This document shows positions 43,401-58,059 of a stretch of DNA of 64,000 bases, in pieces. The position numbers were made by a program, and so were the translations under genes. The notes beneath the pieces were generated by a model, which worked only from the letters and a program-made list of their open reading frames with translations, had not been told where the DNA came from and did not search any database. Each line of letters starts with the position of its first letter. The first letter of the stretch is position 1. Source of the stretch: Eledone cirrhosa (Eukaryota); contig OZ024740.1 of assembly GCA_964016885.1 (NCBI GenBank), forward strand, positions 421,724,001 to 421,788,000, in the 5' to 3' direction.

Positions 43401-46400
43401 ATATGTGTCATATTAAACCTACATAGAAAGGTGGATTAACATAGATATATGTGTCATATTAAACCTACATAGAAAGGTGGATTAACATAGATATATGTGT
43501 CATATTAAACCTACATAGAAAGGTGGAGTAACATAGATATATGTGTCATATTAAACCTACATAGAAATGTGGATTAACATAGATATATGTGTCATATTAA
43601 ACCTACATAGAAAGGTGGATTAACATAGATATACGTGTCATATTAAACCTACATAGAAAGGTGGAGTAACATAGATATATGTGTCCTATTAATCCTACAT
43701 AGAAAGGTGGATTAACATAGATATATGTGTCATATTAAACCTACATAGAAAGGTGGAGTAACATAGATATATGTGTCATATTAATCCTACATAGAAAGGT
43801 GGATTAACATAGATATATGTGTCATATTAAACCTACATAGAAAGGTGGATTAACATAGATATATGTGTCATATTAAACCTACATAGAAAGGTGGAGTAAC
43901 ATAGATATATGTGTCATATTAATCCTACATAGAAAGGTGGATTAACATAGATATATGTGTCATATTAAACCTACATAGAAAGGTGGAGTAACATAGATAT
44001 ATGTGTCATATTAATCCTACATAGAAATGTGGATTAACATAGATATATGTGTCATATTAAACCTACATAGAAAGGTGGATTAACATAGATATATGTGTCA
44101 TATTAAACCTACATAGAAAGGTGGAGTAACATAGATATATGTGTCATATTAATCCTACATAGAAAGGTGGATTAACATAGATATATGTGTCATATAAAAC
44201 CTACATAGAAAGGTGTGTGATATATGTGTCATATTAAAGCTACATAGAAAGGTGAATTAACTATGTGTCATATTAAACCTAGATAGAAAGGTGGATTAAC
44301 ATAGATATATGTGTCATATTAAACCTACATAGAAAGGTGGATTAACATAGATATATGTGTCATATTAAACCTACATAGAAAGGTGAATTAACTTAGATAT
44401 ATGTGTCATATTAAACCTACATAGAAAGGTGGATTAACTTAGATATATGTGTCATATTAAACCAACATAGAAAGGTGGATTAACATAGATATACGTGTCA
44501 TATTAAACCTACATAGAAAGGTGAATTAACTTAGATATATGTGTCATATTAAACCTACATAGAAAGGTGGATTAACATAGATATATGTGTCATATTAAAC
44601 CTACATAGAAAGGTGGATTAACATAGATATATGTGTCATATTAAACCTACATAGAAAGGTGAATTAACTTAGATATATGTGTCATATTAAACCTACATAG
44701 AAAGGTGGATTAACTTAGATATATGTGTCATATTAAACCTACATAGAAAGATGAATGAACTTAGATATATGTGTCATATTAAACCTACATAGAAAGGTGA
44801 ATTAACTTAGATATATGTGTCATATTAAACCTACATAGAAAGGTGGATTAACTTAGATATGTGTGTCATATTAAACCTAAATAGAAGGGTGGATTAACAT
44901 AGATATATGTGTCATATTAAACCTACATAGAAAGGTGAATTAACTTAGATATATGTGTCATATTAAACCTAAATAGAAAGGTGGATTAACATAGATATAT
45001 GTGTCATATTAAACCTACATAGAAAGGTGGATTAACTTAGATATGTGTGTCATATTAAACCTAAATTGAAAGGTGGATTAACATAGATATATGTGTCATA
45101 TTAAACCTACATAGAAAGGTGAATCAACTTAGATATATGTGACATATTAAACCTAAATAGAAAGGTGGATTAACATAGATATATGTGTCATATTAAACCT
45201 ACATAGAAAGGTGAATTAACTTAGATATATGTGTCATATTAAACCTACATAGAAAGGTGGATTAACTTAGATATATGTGTCATATTAAACCTACATAGAA
45301 AGGTGAATTAACTTAGATATATGTGTCATATTAAACCTAAATAGAAAGGTGGATTAACATAGATATATGTGTCATATTAAACCTACATAGAAAGGTGAAT
45401 TAACTTAGATATATGTGTCATATTAAACCTTCGTGGAAAGGTGGATTACCATAGATATATGTGTCATATTAAACCTACATAGAAAGGTGGATTAACATAG
45501 ATATATGTGTCATATTAAACCTTCATAGAAAGGTGGATTAACTTAGATATGTGTGTCATATTAAACCTAAATAGAAGGGTGGATTAACATAGATATATGT
45601 GTCATATTAAACCTAAATAGAAAGGTGGATTAACATAGATATATGTGTCATATTAAACCTACATAGAAAGGTGAATTAACTTAGATATGTGTTATATTAA
45701 ACCTTCATCGAAAGGTGGATTAACATAGATATATGTGTCATATTAAACCTACATAGAAAGGTGGATTAACATAGATATATGTGTCATATTAAACCTACAT
45801 AGAAAGGTGGAGTAACATAGATATATGTGTCATATTAAACCTACATAGAAAGGTGGATTAACATAGATATATGTGTCATATTAAACCTACATAGAAAAGT
45901 GAATTAACATAGATATATGTGTCATATTAAACCTAGATAGAAAGGTGGATTAACATAGATATATGTGTCATATTAAACCTACATAGAAAGGTGGATTAAC
46001 ATAGATATATGTGTCATATTAAACCTACATAGAAAGGTGAATTAACTTAGATATATGTGTCATATTAAACCTACATAGAAAGGTGGATTAACTTAGATAT
46101 GTGTGTCATATTAAACCTAAATAGAAAGGTGGATTAACATAGATATATGTGTCATATTAAACCTATATAGAAAGGTGAATTAAATTAGATATGTGTCATA
46201 TTAAACCTTCATTGAAAGGTGGATTAACATAGATATATGTGTCATATTAAACCTACATAGAAAGGTGGATTAACATAGATATATGTGTCATATTAAACCT
46301 ACATAGAAAGGTGGAGTAACATAGATATATGTGTCATATTAAACCTACATAGAAAGGTGGATTAACATAGATATATGTGTCATATTAAACCAACATAGAA

Positions 46401-49400
46401 AGGTGGATTAACATAGATATACGTGTCATATTAAACCTACATAGAAAGGTGAATTAACTTAGATATATGTGTCATATTAAACCTACATAGAAAGGTGGAT
46501 TAACATAGATATATGTGTCATATTAAACCTACATAGAAAGGTGGATTAACATAGATATATGTGTCATATTAAACCTACATAGAAAGGTGAATTAACTTAG
46601 ATATATGTGTCATATTAAACCAACATAGAAAGGTGAATTAACTTAGATATATGTGTCATATTAAACCTACATAGAAAGGTGGATTAACATAGATATATGT
46701 GTCATATTAAACCTACATAGAAAGGTGAATTAACTTAGATATATGTGTCATATTAAACCTACATAGAAAGGTGGAGTAACATAGATATATGTGTCATATT
46801 AAACCTACATAGAAATGTGGATTAACATAGATATATGTGTCATATTAAACCTACATAGAAAGGTGGATTAACATAGATATACGTGTCATATTAAAACTAC
46901 ATAGAAAGGTGGAGTAACATAGATATATGTGTCATATTAATCCTACATAGAAAGGTGGATTAACATAGATTTATGTGTCATATTAAACCTACATAGAAAG
47001 GTGGAGTAACATAGATATATGTGTCATATTAATCCTACATAGAAAGGTGGATTAACATAGATATATGTGTCATATTAAACCTACATGGAAAGGTGGATTA
47101 ACATAGATATATGTGTCATATTAAACCTACATAGAAAGGTGGAGTAACATAGATATATGTGTCATATTAATCCTACATAGAAAGGTGGAGTAACATAGAT
47201 ATATGTGTCATATTAAACCTACATAGAAAGGTGGAGTAACATAGATATATGTGTCATATTAATCCTACATAGAAAGGTGGATTAACATAGATATATGTGT
47301 CATATTAAACCTACATAGAAAGGTGGAGTAACATAGATATATGTGTCATATTAATCCTACATAGAAAGGTGGATTAACATAGATATATGTGTCATATAAA
47401 ACCTACATAGAAAGGTGTGTGATATATGTGTCATATTAAAGCTACATAGAAAGGTGAATTAACTATGTGTCATATTAAACCTAGATAGAAAGGTGGATTA
47501 ACATAGATATATGTGTCATATTAAACCTACACAGAAAGGTGGATTAACAGATATATGTGTCATATTAAACCTACATAGAAAGGTGAATTAACTTAGATAT
47601 ATGTGTCATATTAAACCTACATAGAAAGGTGGATTAACTTAGATATATGTGTCATATTAAACCAACATAGAAAGGTGGATTAACATAGATATACGTGTCA
47701 TATTAAACCTACATAGAAAGGTGAATTAACTTAGATATATGTGTCATATTAAACCTACATAGAAAGGTGGATTAACATAGATATATGTGTCATATTAAAC
47801 CTACATAAAAAGGTGGATTAACATAGATATATGTGTCATATTAAACCTACATAGAAAGGTGAATTAACTTAGATATATGTGTCATATTAAACCTTCATGG
47901 AAAGGTGGATTACCATAGATATATGTGTCATATTAAACCTACATAGAAAGGTGGATTAACATAGATATATGTGTCATATTAAACCTTCATAGAAAGGTGG
48001 ATTAACTTAGATATGTGTGTCATATTAAACCTAAATAGAAGGGTGGATTAACATAGATATATGTGTCATATTAAACCTAAATAGAAAGGTGGATTAACAT
48101 AGATATATGTGTCATATTAAACCTACATAGAAAGGTGAATTAACTTAGATATGTGTCATATTAAACCTTCATCGAAAGGTGGATTAACATAGATATATGT
48201 GTCATATTAAACCTACATAGAAAGGTGGATTAACATAGATATATGTGTCATATTAAACCTACATAGAAAGGTGGAGTAACATAGATATATGTGTCATATT
48301 AAACCTACATAGAAAGGTGGATTAACATAGATATATGTGTCATATTAAACCTACATAGAAAAGTGAATTAACATAGATATATGTGTCATATTAAACCTAC
48401 ATAGAAAGGTGGATTAACATAGATATATGTGTCATATTAAACCTACATAGAAAGGTGGATTAACATAGATATATGTGTCATATTAAACCTACATAGAAAG
48501 GTGAATTAACTTAGATATATGTGTCATATTAAACCTACATAGAAAGGTGGATTAACTTAGATATGTGTGTCATATTAAACCTAAATAGAAAGGTGGATTA
48601 ACATAGATATATGTGTCATATTAAACCTACATAGAAAGGTGAATTAACTTAGATATGTGTCATATTAAACCTTCATGGAAAGGTGGATTAACATAGATAT
48701 ATGTGTCATATTAAACCTACATAGAAAGGTGGATTAACATAGATATATGTGTCATATTAAACCTACATAGAAAGGTGGAGTAACATAGATATATGTGTCA
48801 TATTAAACCTACATAGAAAGGTGGATTAACATAGATATATGTGTCATATTAAACCAACATAGAAAGGTGGATTAACATAGATATACGTGTCATATTAAAC
48901 CTACATAGAAAGGTGAATTAACTTAGATATATGTGTCATATTAAACCTTCATGGAAAGGTGGATTAACATAGATATATGTGTCATATTAAACCTACATAG
49001 AAAGGTGGATTAACATAGATATATGTGTCATATTAAACCTACATAGAAAGGTGGAGTAACATAGATATATGTGTCATATTAAACCTACATAGAAATGTGG
49101 ATTAACATAGATATATGTGTCATATTAAACCTACATAGAAAGGTGGATTAACATAGATATACGTGTCATATTAAAACTACATAGAAAGGTGGAGTAACAT
49201 AGATATATGTGTCATATTAATCCTACATAGAAAGGTGGATTAACATAGATATATGTGTCATATTAAACCTACATAGAAAGGTGGAGTAACATAGATATAT
49301 GTGTCATATTAATCCTACATAGAAAGGTGGATTAACATAGATATATGTGTCATATTAAACCTACATAGAAAGGTGGATTAACATAGATATATGTGTCATA

Positions 49401-52400
49401 TTAAACCTACATAGAAAGGTGGAGTAACATAGATATATGTGTCATATTAATCCTACATAGAAAGGTGGAGTAACATAGATATATGTGTCATATTAAACCT
49501 ACATAGAAAGGTGGAGTAACATAGATATATGTGTCATATTAATCCTACATAGAAAGGTGGATTAACATAGATATATGTGTCATATTAAACCTACATAGAA
49601 AGGTGGATTAACATAGATATATGTGTCATATTAAACCTACATAGAAAGGTGGAGTAACATAGATATATGTGTCATATTAATCCTACATAGAAAGGTGGAT
49701 TAACATAGATATATGTGTCATATAAAACCTACATAGAAAGGTGGAGTAACATAGATATATGTGTCATATTAAACCTAAATAGAAAGGTGGATTAACATAG
49801 ATATATGTGTCATATTAAACCTACATAGAAAGGTGGATTAACTTAGATATGTGTGTCATATTAAACCTAAATTGAAAGGTGGATTAACATAGATATATGT
49901 GTCATATTAAACCTACATAGAAAGGTGAATCAACTTAGATATATGTGACATATTAAACCTAAATAGAAAGGTGGATTAACATAGATATATGTGTCATATT
50001 AAACCTACATAGAAAGGTGAATTAACTTAGATATATGTGTCATATTAAACCTACATAGAAAGGTGGATTAACTTAGATATATGTGTCATATTAAACCTAC
50101 ATAGAAAGGTGAATTAACTTAGATATATGTGTCATATTAAACCTAAATAGAAAGGTGGATTAACATAGATATATGTGTCATATTAAACCTACATAGAAAG
50201 GTGAATTAACTTAGATATATGTGTCATATTAAACCTTCGTGGAAAGGTGGATTACCATAGATATATGTGTCATATTAAACCTACATAGAAAGGTGGATTA
50301 ACATAGATATATGTGTCATATTAAACCTTCATAGAAAGGTGGATTAACTTAGATATGTGTGTCATATTAAACCTAAATAGAAGGGTGGATTAACATAGAT
50401 ATATGTGTCATATTAAACCTAAATAGAAAGGTGGATTAACATAGATATATGTGTCATATTAAACCTACATAGAAAGGTGAATTAACTTAGATATGTGTCA
50501 TATTAAACCTTCATCGAAAGGTGGATTAACATAGATATATGTGTCATATTAAACCTACATAGAAAGGTGGATTAACATAGATATATGTGTCATATTAAAC
50601 CTACATAGAAAGGTGGAGTAACATAGATATATGTGTCATATTAAACCTACATAGAAAGGTGGATTAACATAGATATATGTGTCATATTAAACCTACATAG
50701 AAAAGTGAATTAACATAGATATATGTGTCATATTAAACCTAGATAGAAAGGTGGATTAACATAGATATATGTGTCATATTAAACCTACATAGAAAGGTGG
50801 ATTAACATAGATATATGTGTCATATTAAACCTACATAGAAAGGTGAATTAACTTAGATATATGTGTCATATTAAACCTACATAGAAAGGTGGATTAACTT
50901 AGATATGTGTGTCATATTAAACCTAAATAGAAAGGTGGATTAACATAGATATATGTGTCATATTAAACCTACATAGAAAGGTGAATTAACTTAGATATGT
51001 GTCATATTAAACCTTCATGGAAAGGTGGATTAACATAGATATATGTGTCATATTAAACCTACATAGAAAGGTGGATTAACATAGATATATGTGTCATATT
51101 AAACCTACATAGAAAGGTGGAGTAACATAGATATATGTGTCATATTAAACCTACATAGAAAGGTGGATTAACATAGATATATGTGTCATATTAAACCAAC
51201 ATAGAAAGGTGGATTAACATAGATATACGTGTCATATTAAACCTACATAGAAAGGTGAATTAACTTAGATATATGTGTCATATTAAACCTACATAGAAAG
51301 GTGGATTAACATAGATATATGTGTCATATTAAACCTACATAGAAAGGTGGATTAACATAGATATATGTGTCATATTAAACCTACATAGAAAGGTGAATTA
51401 ACTTAGATATATGTGTCATATTAAACCAACATAGAAAGGTGAATTAACTTAGATATATGTGTCATATTAAACCTACATAGAAAGGTGGATTAACATAGAT
51501 ATATGTGTCATATTAAACCTACATAGAAAGGTGAATTAACTTAGATATATGTGTCATATTAAACCTACATAGAAAGGTGGAGTAACATAGATATATGTGT
51601 CATATTAAACCTACATAGAAATGTGGATTAACATAGATATATGTGTCATATTAAACCTACATAGAAAGGTGGATTAACATAGATATACGTGTCATATTAA
51701 AACTACATAGAAAGGTGGAGTAACATAGATATATGTGTCATATTAATCCTACATAGAAAGGTGGATTAACATAGATTTATGTGTCATATTAAACCTACAT
51801 AGAAAGGTGGAGTAACATAGATATATGTGTCATATTAATCCTACATAGAAAGGTGGATTAACATAGATATATGTGTCATATTAAACCTACATGGAAAGGT
51901 GGATTAACATAGATATATGTGTCATATTAAACCTACATAGAAAGGTGGAGTAACATAGATATATGTGTCATATTAATCCTACATAGAAAGGTGGAGTAAC
52001 ATAGATATATGTGTCATATTAAACCTACATAGAAAGGTGGAGTAACATAGATATATGTGTCATATTAATCCTACATAGAAAGGTGGATTAACATAGATAT
52101 ATGTGTCATATTAAACCTACATAGAAAGGTGGAGTAACATAGATATATGTGTCATATTAATCCTACATAGAAAGGTGGATTAACATAGATATATGTGTCA
52201 TATAAAACCTACATAGAAAGGTGTGTGATATATGTGTCATATTAAAGCTACATAGAAAGGTGAATTAACTATGTGTCATATTAAACCTAGATAGAAAGGT
52301 GGATTAACATAGATATATGTGTCATATTAAACCTACACAGAAAGGTGGATTAACAGATATATGTGTCATATTAAACCTACATAGAAAGGTGAATTAACTT

Positions 52401-55400
52401 AGATATATGTGTCATATTAAACCTACATAGAAAGGTGGATTAACTTAGATATATGTGTCATATTAAACCAACATAGAAAGGTGGATTAACATAGATATAC
52501 GTGTCATATTAAACCTACATAGAAAGGTGAATTAACTTAGATATATGTGTCATATTAAACCTACATAGAAAGGTGGATTAACATAGATATATGTGTCATA
52601 TTAAACCTACATAAAAAGGTGGATTAACATAGATATATGTGTCATATTAAACCTACATAGAAAGGTGAATTAACTTAGATATATGTGTCATATTAAACCT
52701 TCATGGAAAGGTGGATTACCATAGATATATGTGTCATATTAAACCTACATAGAAAGGTGGATTAACATAGATATATGTGTCATATTAAACCTTCATAGAA
52801 AGGTGGATTAACTTAGATATGTGTGTCATATTAAACCTAAATAGAAGGGTGGATTAACATAGATATATGTGTCATATTAAACCTAAATAGAAAGGTGGAT
52901 TAACATAGATATATGTGTCATATTAAACCTACATAGAAAGGTGAATTAACTTAGATATGTGTCATATTAAACCTTCATCGAAAGGTGGATTAACATAGAT
53001 ATATGTGTCATATTAAACCTACATAGAAAGGTGGATTAACATAGATATATGTGTCATATTAAACCTACATAGAAAGGTGGAGTAACATAGATATATGTGT
53101 CATATTAAACCTACATAGAAAGGTGGATTAACATAGATATATGTGTCATATTAAACCTACATAGAAAAGTGAATTAACATAGATATATGTGTCATATTAA
53201 ACCTACATAGAAAGGTGGATTAACATAGATATATGTGTCATATTAAACCTACATAGAAAGGTGGATTAACATAGATATATGTGTCATATTAAACCTACAT
53301 AGAAAGGTGAATTAACTTAGATATATGTGTCATATTAAACCTACATAGAAAGGTGGATTAACTTAGATATGTGTGTCATATTAAACCTAAATAGAAAGGT
53401 GGATTAACATAGATATATGTGTCATATTAAACCTACATAGAAAGGTGAATTAACTTAGATATGTGTCATATTAAACCTTCATGGAAAGGTGGATTAACAT
53501 AGATATATGTGTCATATTAAACCTACATAGAAAGGTGGATTAACATAGATATATGTGTCATATTAAACCTACATAGAAAGGTGGAGTAACATAGATATAT
53601 GTGTCATATTAAACCTACATAGAAAGGTGGATTAACATAGATATATGTGTCATATTAAACCAACATAGAAAGGTGGATTAACATAGATATACGTGTCATA
53701 TTAAACCTACATAGAAAGGTGAATTAACTTAGATATATGTGTCATATTAAACCTTCATGGAAAGGTGGATTAACATAGATATATGTGTCATATTAAACCT
53801 ACATAGAAAGGTGGATTAACATAGATATATGTGTCATATTAAACCTACATAGAAAGGTGGAGTAACATAGATATATGTGTCATATTAAACCTACATAGAA
53901 ATGTGGATTAACATAGATATATGTGTCATATTAAACCTACATAGAAAGGTGGATTAACATAGATATACGTGTCATATTAAAACTACATAGAAAGGTGGAG
54001 TAACATAGATATATGTGTCATATTAATCCTACATAGAAAGGTGGATTAACATAGATTTATGTGTCATATTAAACCTACATAGAAAGGTGGAGTAACATAG
54101 ATATATGTGTCATATTAATCCTACATAGAAAGGTGGATTAACATAGATATATGTGTCATATTAAACCTACATGGAAAGGTGGATTAACATAGATATATGT
54201 GTCATATTAAACCTACATAGAAAGGTGGAGTAACATAGATATATGTGTCATATTAATCCTACATAGAAAGGTGGAGTAACATAGATATATGTGTCATATT
54301 AAACCTACATAGAAAGGTGGAGTAACATAGATATATGTGTCATATTAATCCTACATAGAAAGGTGGATTAACATAGATATATGTGTCATATTAAACCTAC
54401 ATAGAAAGGTGGAGTAACATAGATATATGTGTCATATTAATCCTACATAGAAAGGTGGATTAACATAGATATATGTGTCATATAAAACCTACATAGAAAG
54501 GTGTGTGATATATGTGTCATATTAAAGCTACATAGAAAGGTGAATTAACTATGTGTCATATTAAACCTAGATAGAAAGGTGGATTAACATAGATATATGT
54601 GTCATATTAAACCTACACAGAAAGGTGGATTAACAGATATATGTGTCATATTAAACCTACATAGAAAGGTGAATTAACTTAGATATATGTGTCATATTAA
54701 ACCTACATAGAAAGGTGGATTAACTTAGATATATGTGTCATATTAAACCAACATAGAAAGGTGGATTAACATAGATATACGTGTCATATTAAACCTACAT
54801 AGAAAGGTGAATTAACTTAGATATATGTGTCATATTAAACCTACATAGAAAGGTGGATTAACATAGATATATGTGTCATATTAAACCTACATAAAAAGGT
54901 GGATTAACATAGATATATGTGTCATATTAAACCTACATAGAAAGGTGAATTAACTTAGATATATGTGTCATATTAAACCTTCATGGAAAGGTGGATTACC
55001 ATAGATATATGTGTCATATTAAACCTACATAGAAAGGTGGATTAACATAGATATATGTGTCATATTAAACCTTCATAGAAAGGTGGATTAACTTAGATAT
55101 GTGTGTCATATTAAACCTAAATAGAAGGGTGGATTAACATAGATATATGTGTCATATTAAACCTAAATAGAAAGGTGGATTAACATAGATATATGTGTCA
55201 TATTAAACCTACATAGAAAGGTGAATTAACTTAGATATGTGTCATATTAAACCTTCATCGAAAGGTGGATTAACATAGATATATGTGTCATATTAAACCT
55301 ACATAGAAAGGTGGATTAACATAGATATATGTGTCATATTAAACCTACATAGAAAGGTGGAGTAACATAGATATATGTGTCATATTAAACCTACATAGAA

Positions 55401-57473
55401 AGGTGGATTAACATAGATATATGTGTCATATTAAACCTACATAGAAAAGTGAATTAACATAGATATATGTGTCATATTAAACCTACATAGAAAGGTGGAT
55501 TAACATAGATATATGTGTCATATTAAACCTACATAGAAAGGTGGATTAACATAGATATATGTGTCATATTAAACCTACATAGAAAGGTGAATTAACTTAG
55601 ATATATGTGTCATATTAAACCTACATAGAAAGGTGGATTAACTTAGATATGTGTGTCATATTAAACCTAAATAGAAAGGTGGATTAACATAGATATATGT
55701 GTCATATTAAACCTACATAGAAAGGTGAATTAACTTAGATATGTGTCATATTAAACCTTCATGGAAAGGTGGATTAACATAGATATATGTGTCATATTAA
55801 ACCTACATAGAAAGGTGGATTAACATAGATATATGTGTCATATTAAACCTACATAGAAAGGTGGAGTAACATAGATATATGTGTCATATTAAACCTACAT
55901 AGAAAGGTGGATTAACATAGATATATGTGTCATATTAAACCAACATAGAAAGGTGGATTAACATAGATATACGTGTCATATTAAACCTACATAGAAAGGT
56001 GAATTAACTTAGATATATGTGTCATATTAAACCTTCATGGAAAGGTGGATTAACATAGATATATGTGTCATATTAAACCTACATAGAAAGGTGGATTAAC
56101 ATAGATATATGTGTCATATTAAACCTACATAGAAAGGTGGAGTAACATAGATATATGTGTCATATTAAACCTACATAGAAATGTGGATTAACATAGATAT
56201 ATGTGTCATATTAAACCTACATAGAAAGGTGGATTAACATAGATATACGTGTCATATTAAAACTACATAGAAAGGTGGAGTAACATAGATATATGTGTCA
56301 TATTAATCCTACATAGAAAGGTGGATTAACATAGATATATGTGTCATATTAAACCTACATAGAAAGGTGGAGTAACATAGATATATGTGTCATATTAATC
56401 CTACATAGAAAGGTGGATTAACATAGATATATGTGTCATATTAAACCTACATAGAAAGGTGGATTAACATAGATATATGTGTCATATTAAACCTACATAG
56501 AAAGGTGGAGTAACATAGATATATGTGTCATATTAATCCTACATAGAAAGGTGGAGTAACATAGATATATGTGTCATATTAAACCTACATAGAAAGGTGG
56601 AGTAACATAGATATATGTGTCATATTAATCCTACATAGAAAGGTGGATTAACATAGATATATGTGTCATATTAAACCTACATAGAAAGGTGGATTAACAT
56701 AGATATATGTGTCATATTAAACCTACATAGAAAGGTGGAGTAACATAGATATATGTGTCATATTAATCCTACATAGAAAGGTGGATTAACATAGATATAT
56801 GTGTCATATAAAACCTACATAGAAAGGTGTGTGATATATGTGTCATATTAAAGCTACATAGAAAGGTGAATTAACTATGTGTCATATTAAACCTAGATAG
56901 AAAGGTGGATTAACATAGATATATGTGTCATATTAAACCTACATAGAAAGGTGAATTAACTTAGATATATGTGTCATATTAAACCTACATAGAAAGGTGG
57001 ATTAACTTAGATATATGTGTCATATTAAACCAACATAGAAAGGTGGATTAACATAGATATACGTGTCATATTAAACCTACATAGAAAGGTGAATTAACTT
57101 AGATATATGTGTCATATTAAACCTACATAGAAAGGTGGATTAACATAGATATATGTGTCATATTAAACCTACATAAAAAGGTGGATTAACATAGATATAT
57201 GTGTCATATTAAACCTACATAGAAAGGTGAATTAACTTAGATATATGTGTCATATTAAACCTTCATGGAAAGGTGGATTACCATAGATATATGTGTCATA
57301 TTAAACCTACATAGAAAGGTGGATTAACATAGATATATGTGTCATATTAAACCTTCATAGAAAGGTGGATTAACTTAGATATGTGTGTCATATTAAACCT
57401 AAATAGAAGGGTGGATTAACATAGATATATGTGTCATATTAAACCTAAATAGAAAGGTGGATTAACATAGATA
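34476..57473. repeat. 46-bp tandem satellite array, segment 2
   Basis: Same monomer and orientation. Resumes at ATGTGTCAT directly after the GAT tail. Confidence 0.99.
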
Positions 57474-57532
57474 GACGGTAGCCACGGAATAGGCAGACCT
57501 AGACAAGATAGACGGAATAGGCAGACCTAGAC

Positions 57533-57697
57533 AAGATAGACGGTAGCCACGGAATAGGCAGACCTAGAAAAACCTGGGACGAGCTGATAAACTCCGACCT
57601 CACACACTTACACCTCTCCAAGACAATGTCACTGGACCGAGACCTTTGGCGGTACTCAGTAACAGAGAAGAGCCGCCTTGCCAGTAGGCATCTCTAA
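57533..57697 (+). pseudogene. Last 54 codons of LINE ORF2 (copy 2)
   Basis: Manual translation KIDGSHGIGRPRKTWDELINSDLTHLHLSKTMSLDRDLWRYSVTEKSRLASRHL* matches the copy 3 C-terminus. Confidence 0.85.
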
Positions 57698-57993
57698 CAA
57701 AATACACCCCGTCCCACCACCACCACCCCCACCCCATCCACACCACCCCGTCCTATGTAAAGTTATGTTGGTGCCGCGCCATCCGGGCCGAAACAAATGA
57801 GATCGTGTAGGTGTCACGACAAAAAAACACACAGTCCACGCTGTAATGTGGCCGTGTAGGCAACACGGTAAAAACCTCCCAGACCCACACTGTAAATGTG
57901 GTTGGTGTTAGGAAGGGCATCCAACTGTAGAAAACCTGCCAGACAGTCCTATGCGAGCAAGACAATCACTCTTGCCTCAAGTGGGACTACCCC

Positions 57994-58026
57994 CGTCCAA
58001 ACCCATGCAAGCGTGGAACACGGACG
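57994..58026 (+). other. Putative 3'-terminal stem-loop of LINE copy 2
   Basis: CGTCC-AAAC-CCATG-CAAG-CGTGG-AACAC-GGACG. Confidence 0.6.
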
Positions 58027-58059
58027 TTAAACGTTGATGATGATGATGATGATGATGAT

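Larger units (their letters stand above)
57474..58059 (+). mobile_element. Heavily 5'-truncated RTE-like LINE (copy 2) with rearranged 5' junction and (GAT)8 tail
   Basis: Homologous to the 3' end of copy 3 (KIDGSHGIGRPRKTWDELINSDL), with the shared 3' UTR motif GTTGGTGTTAGGAAGGGCATCCA and (GAT)8 at 58036-58059. Confidence 0.93.
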
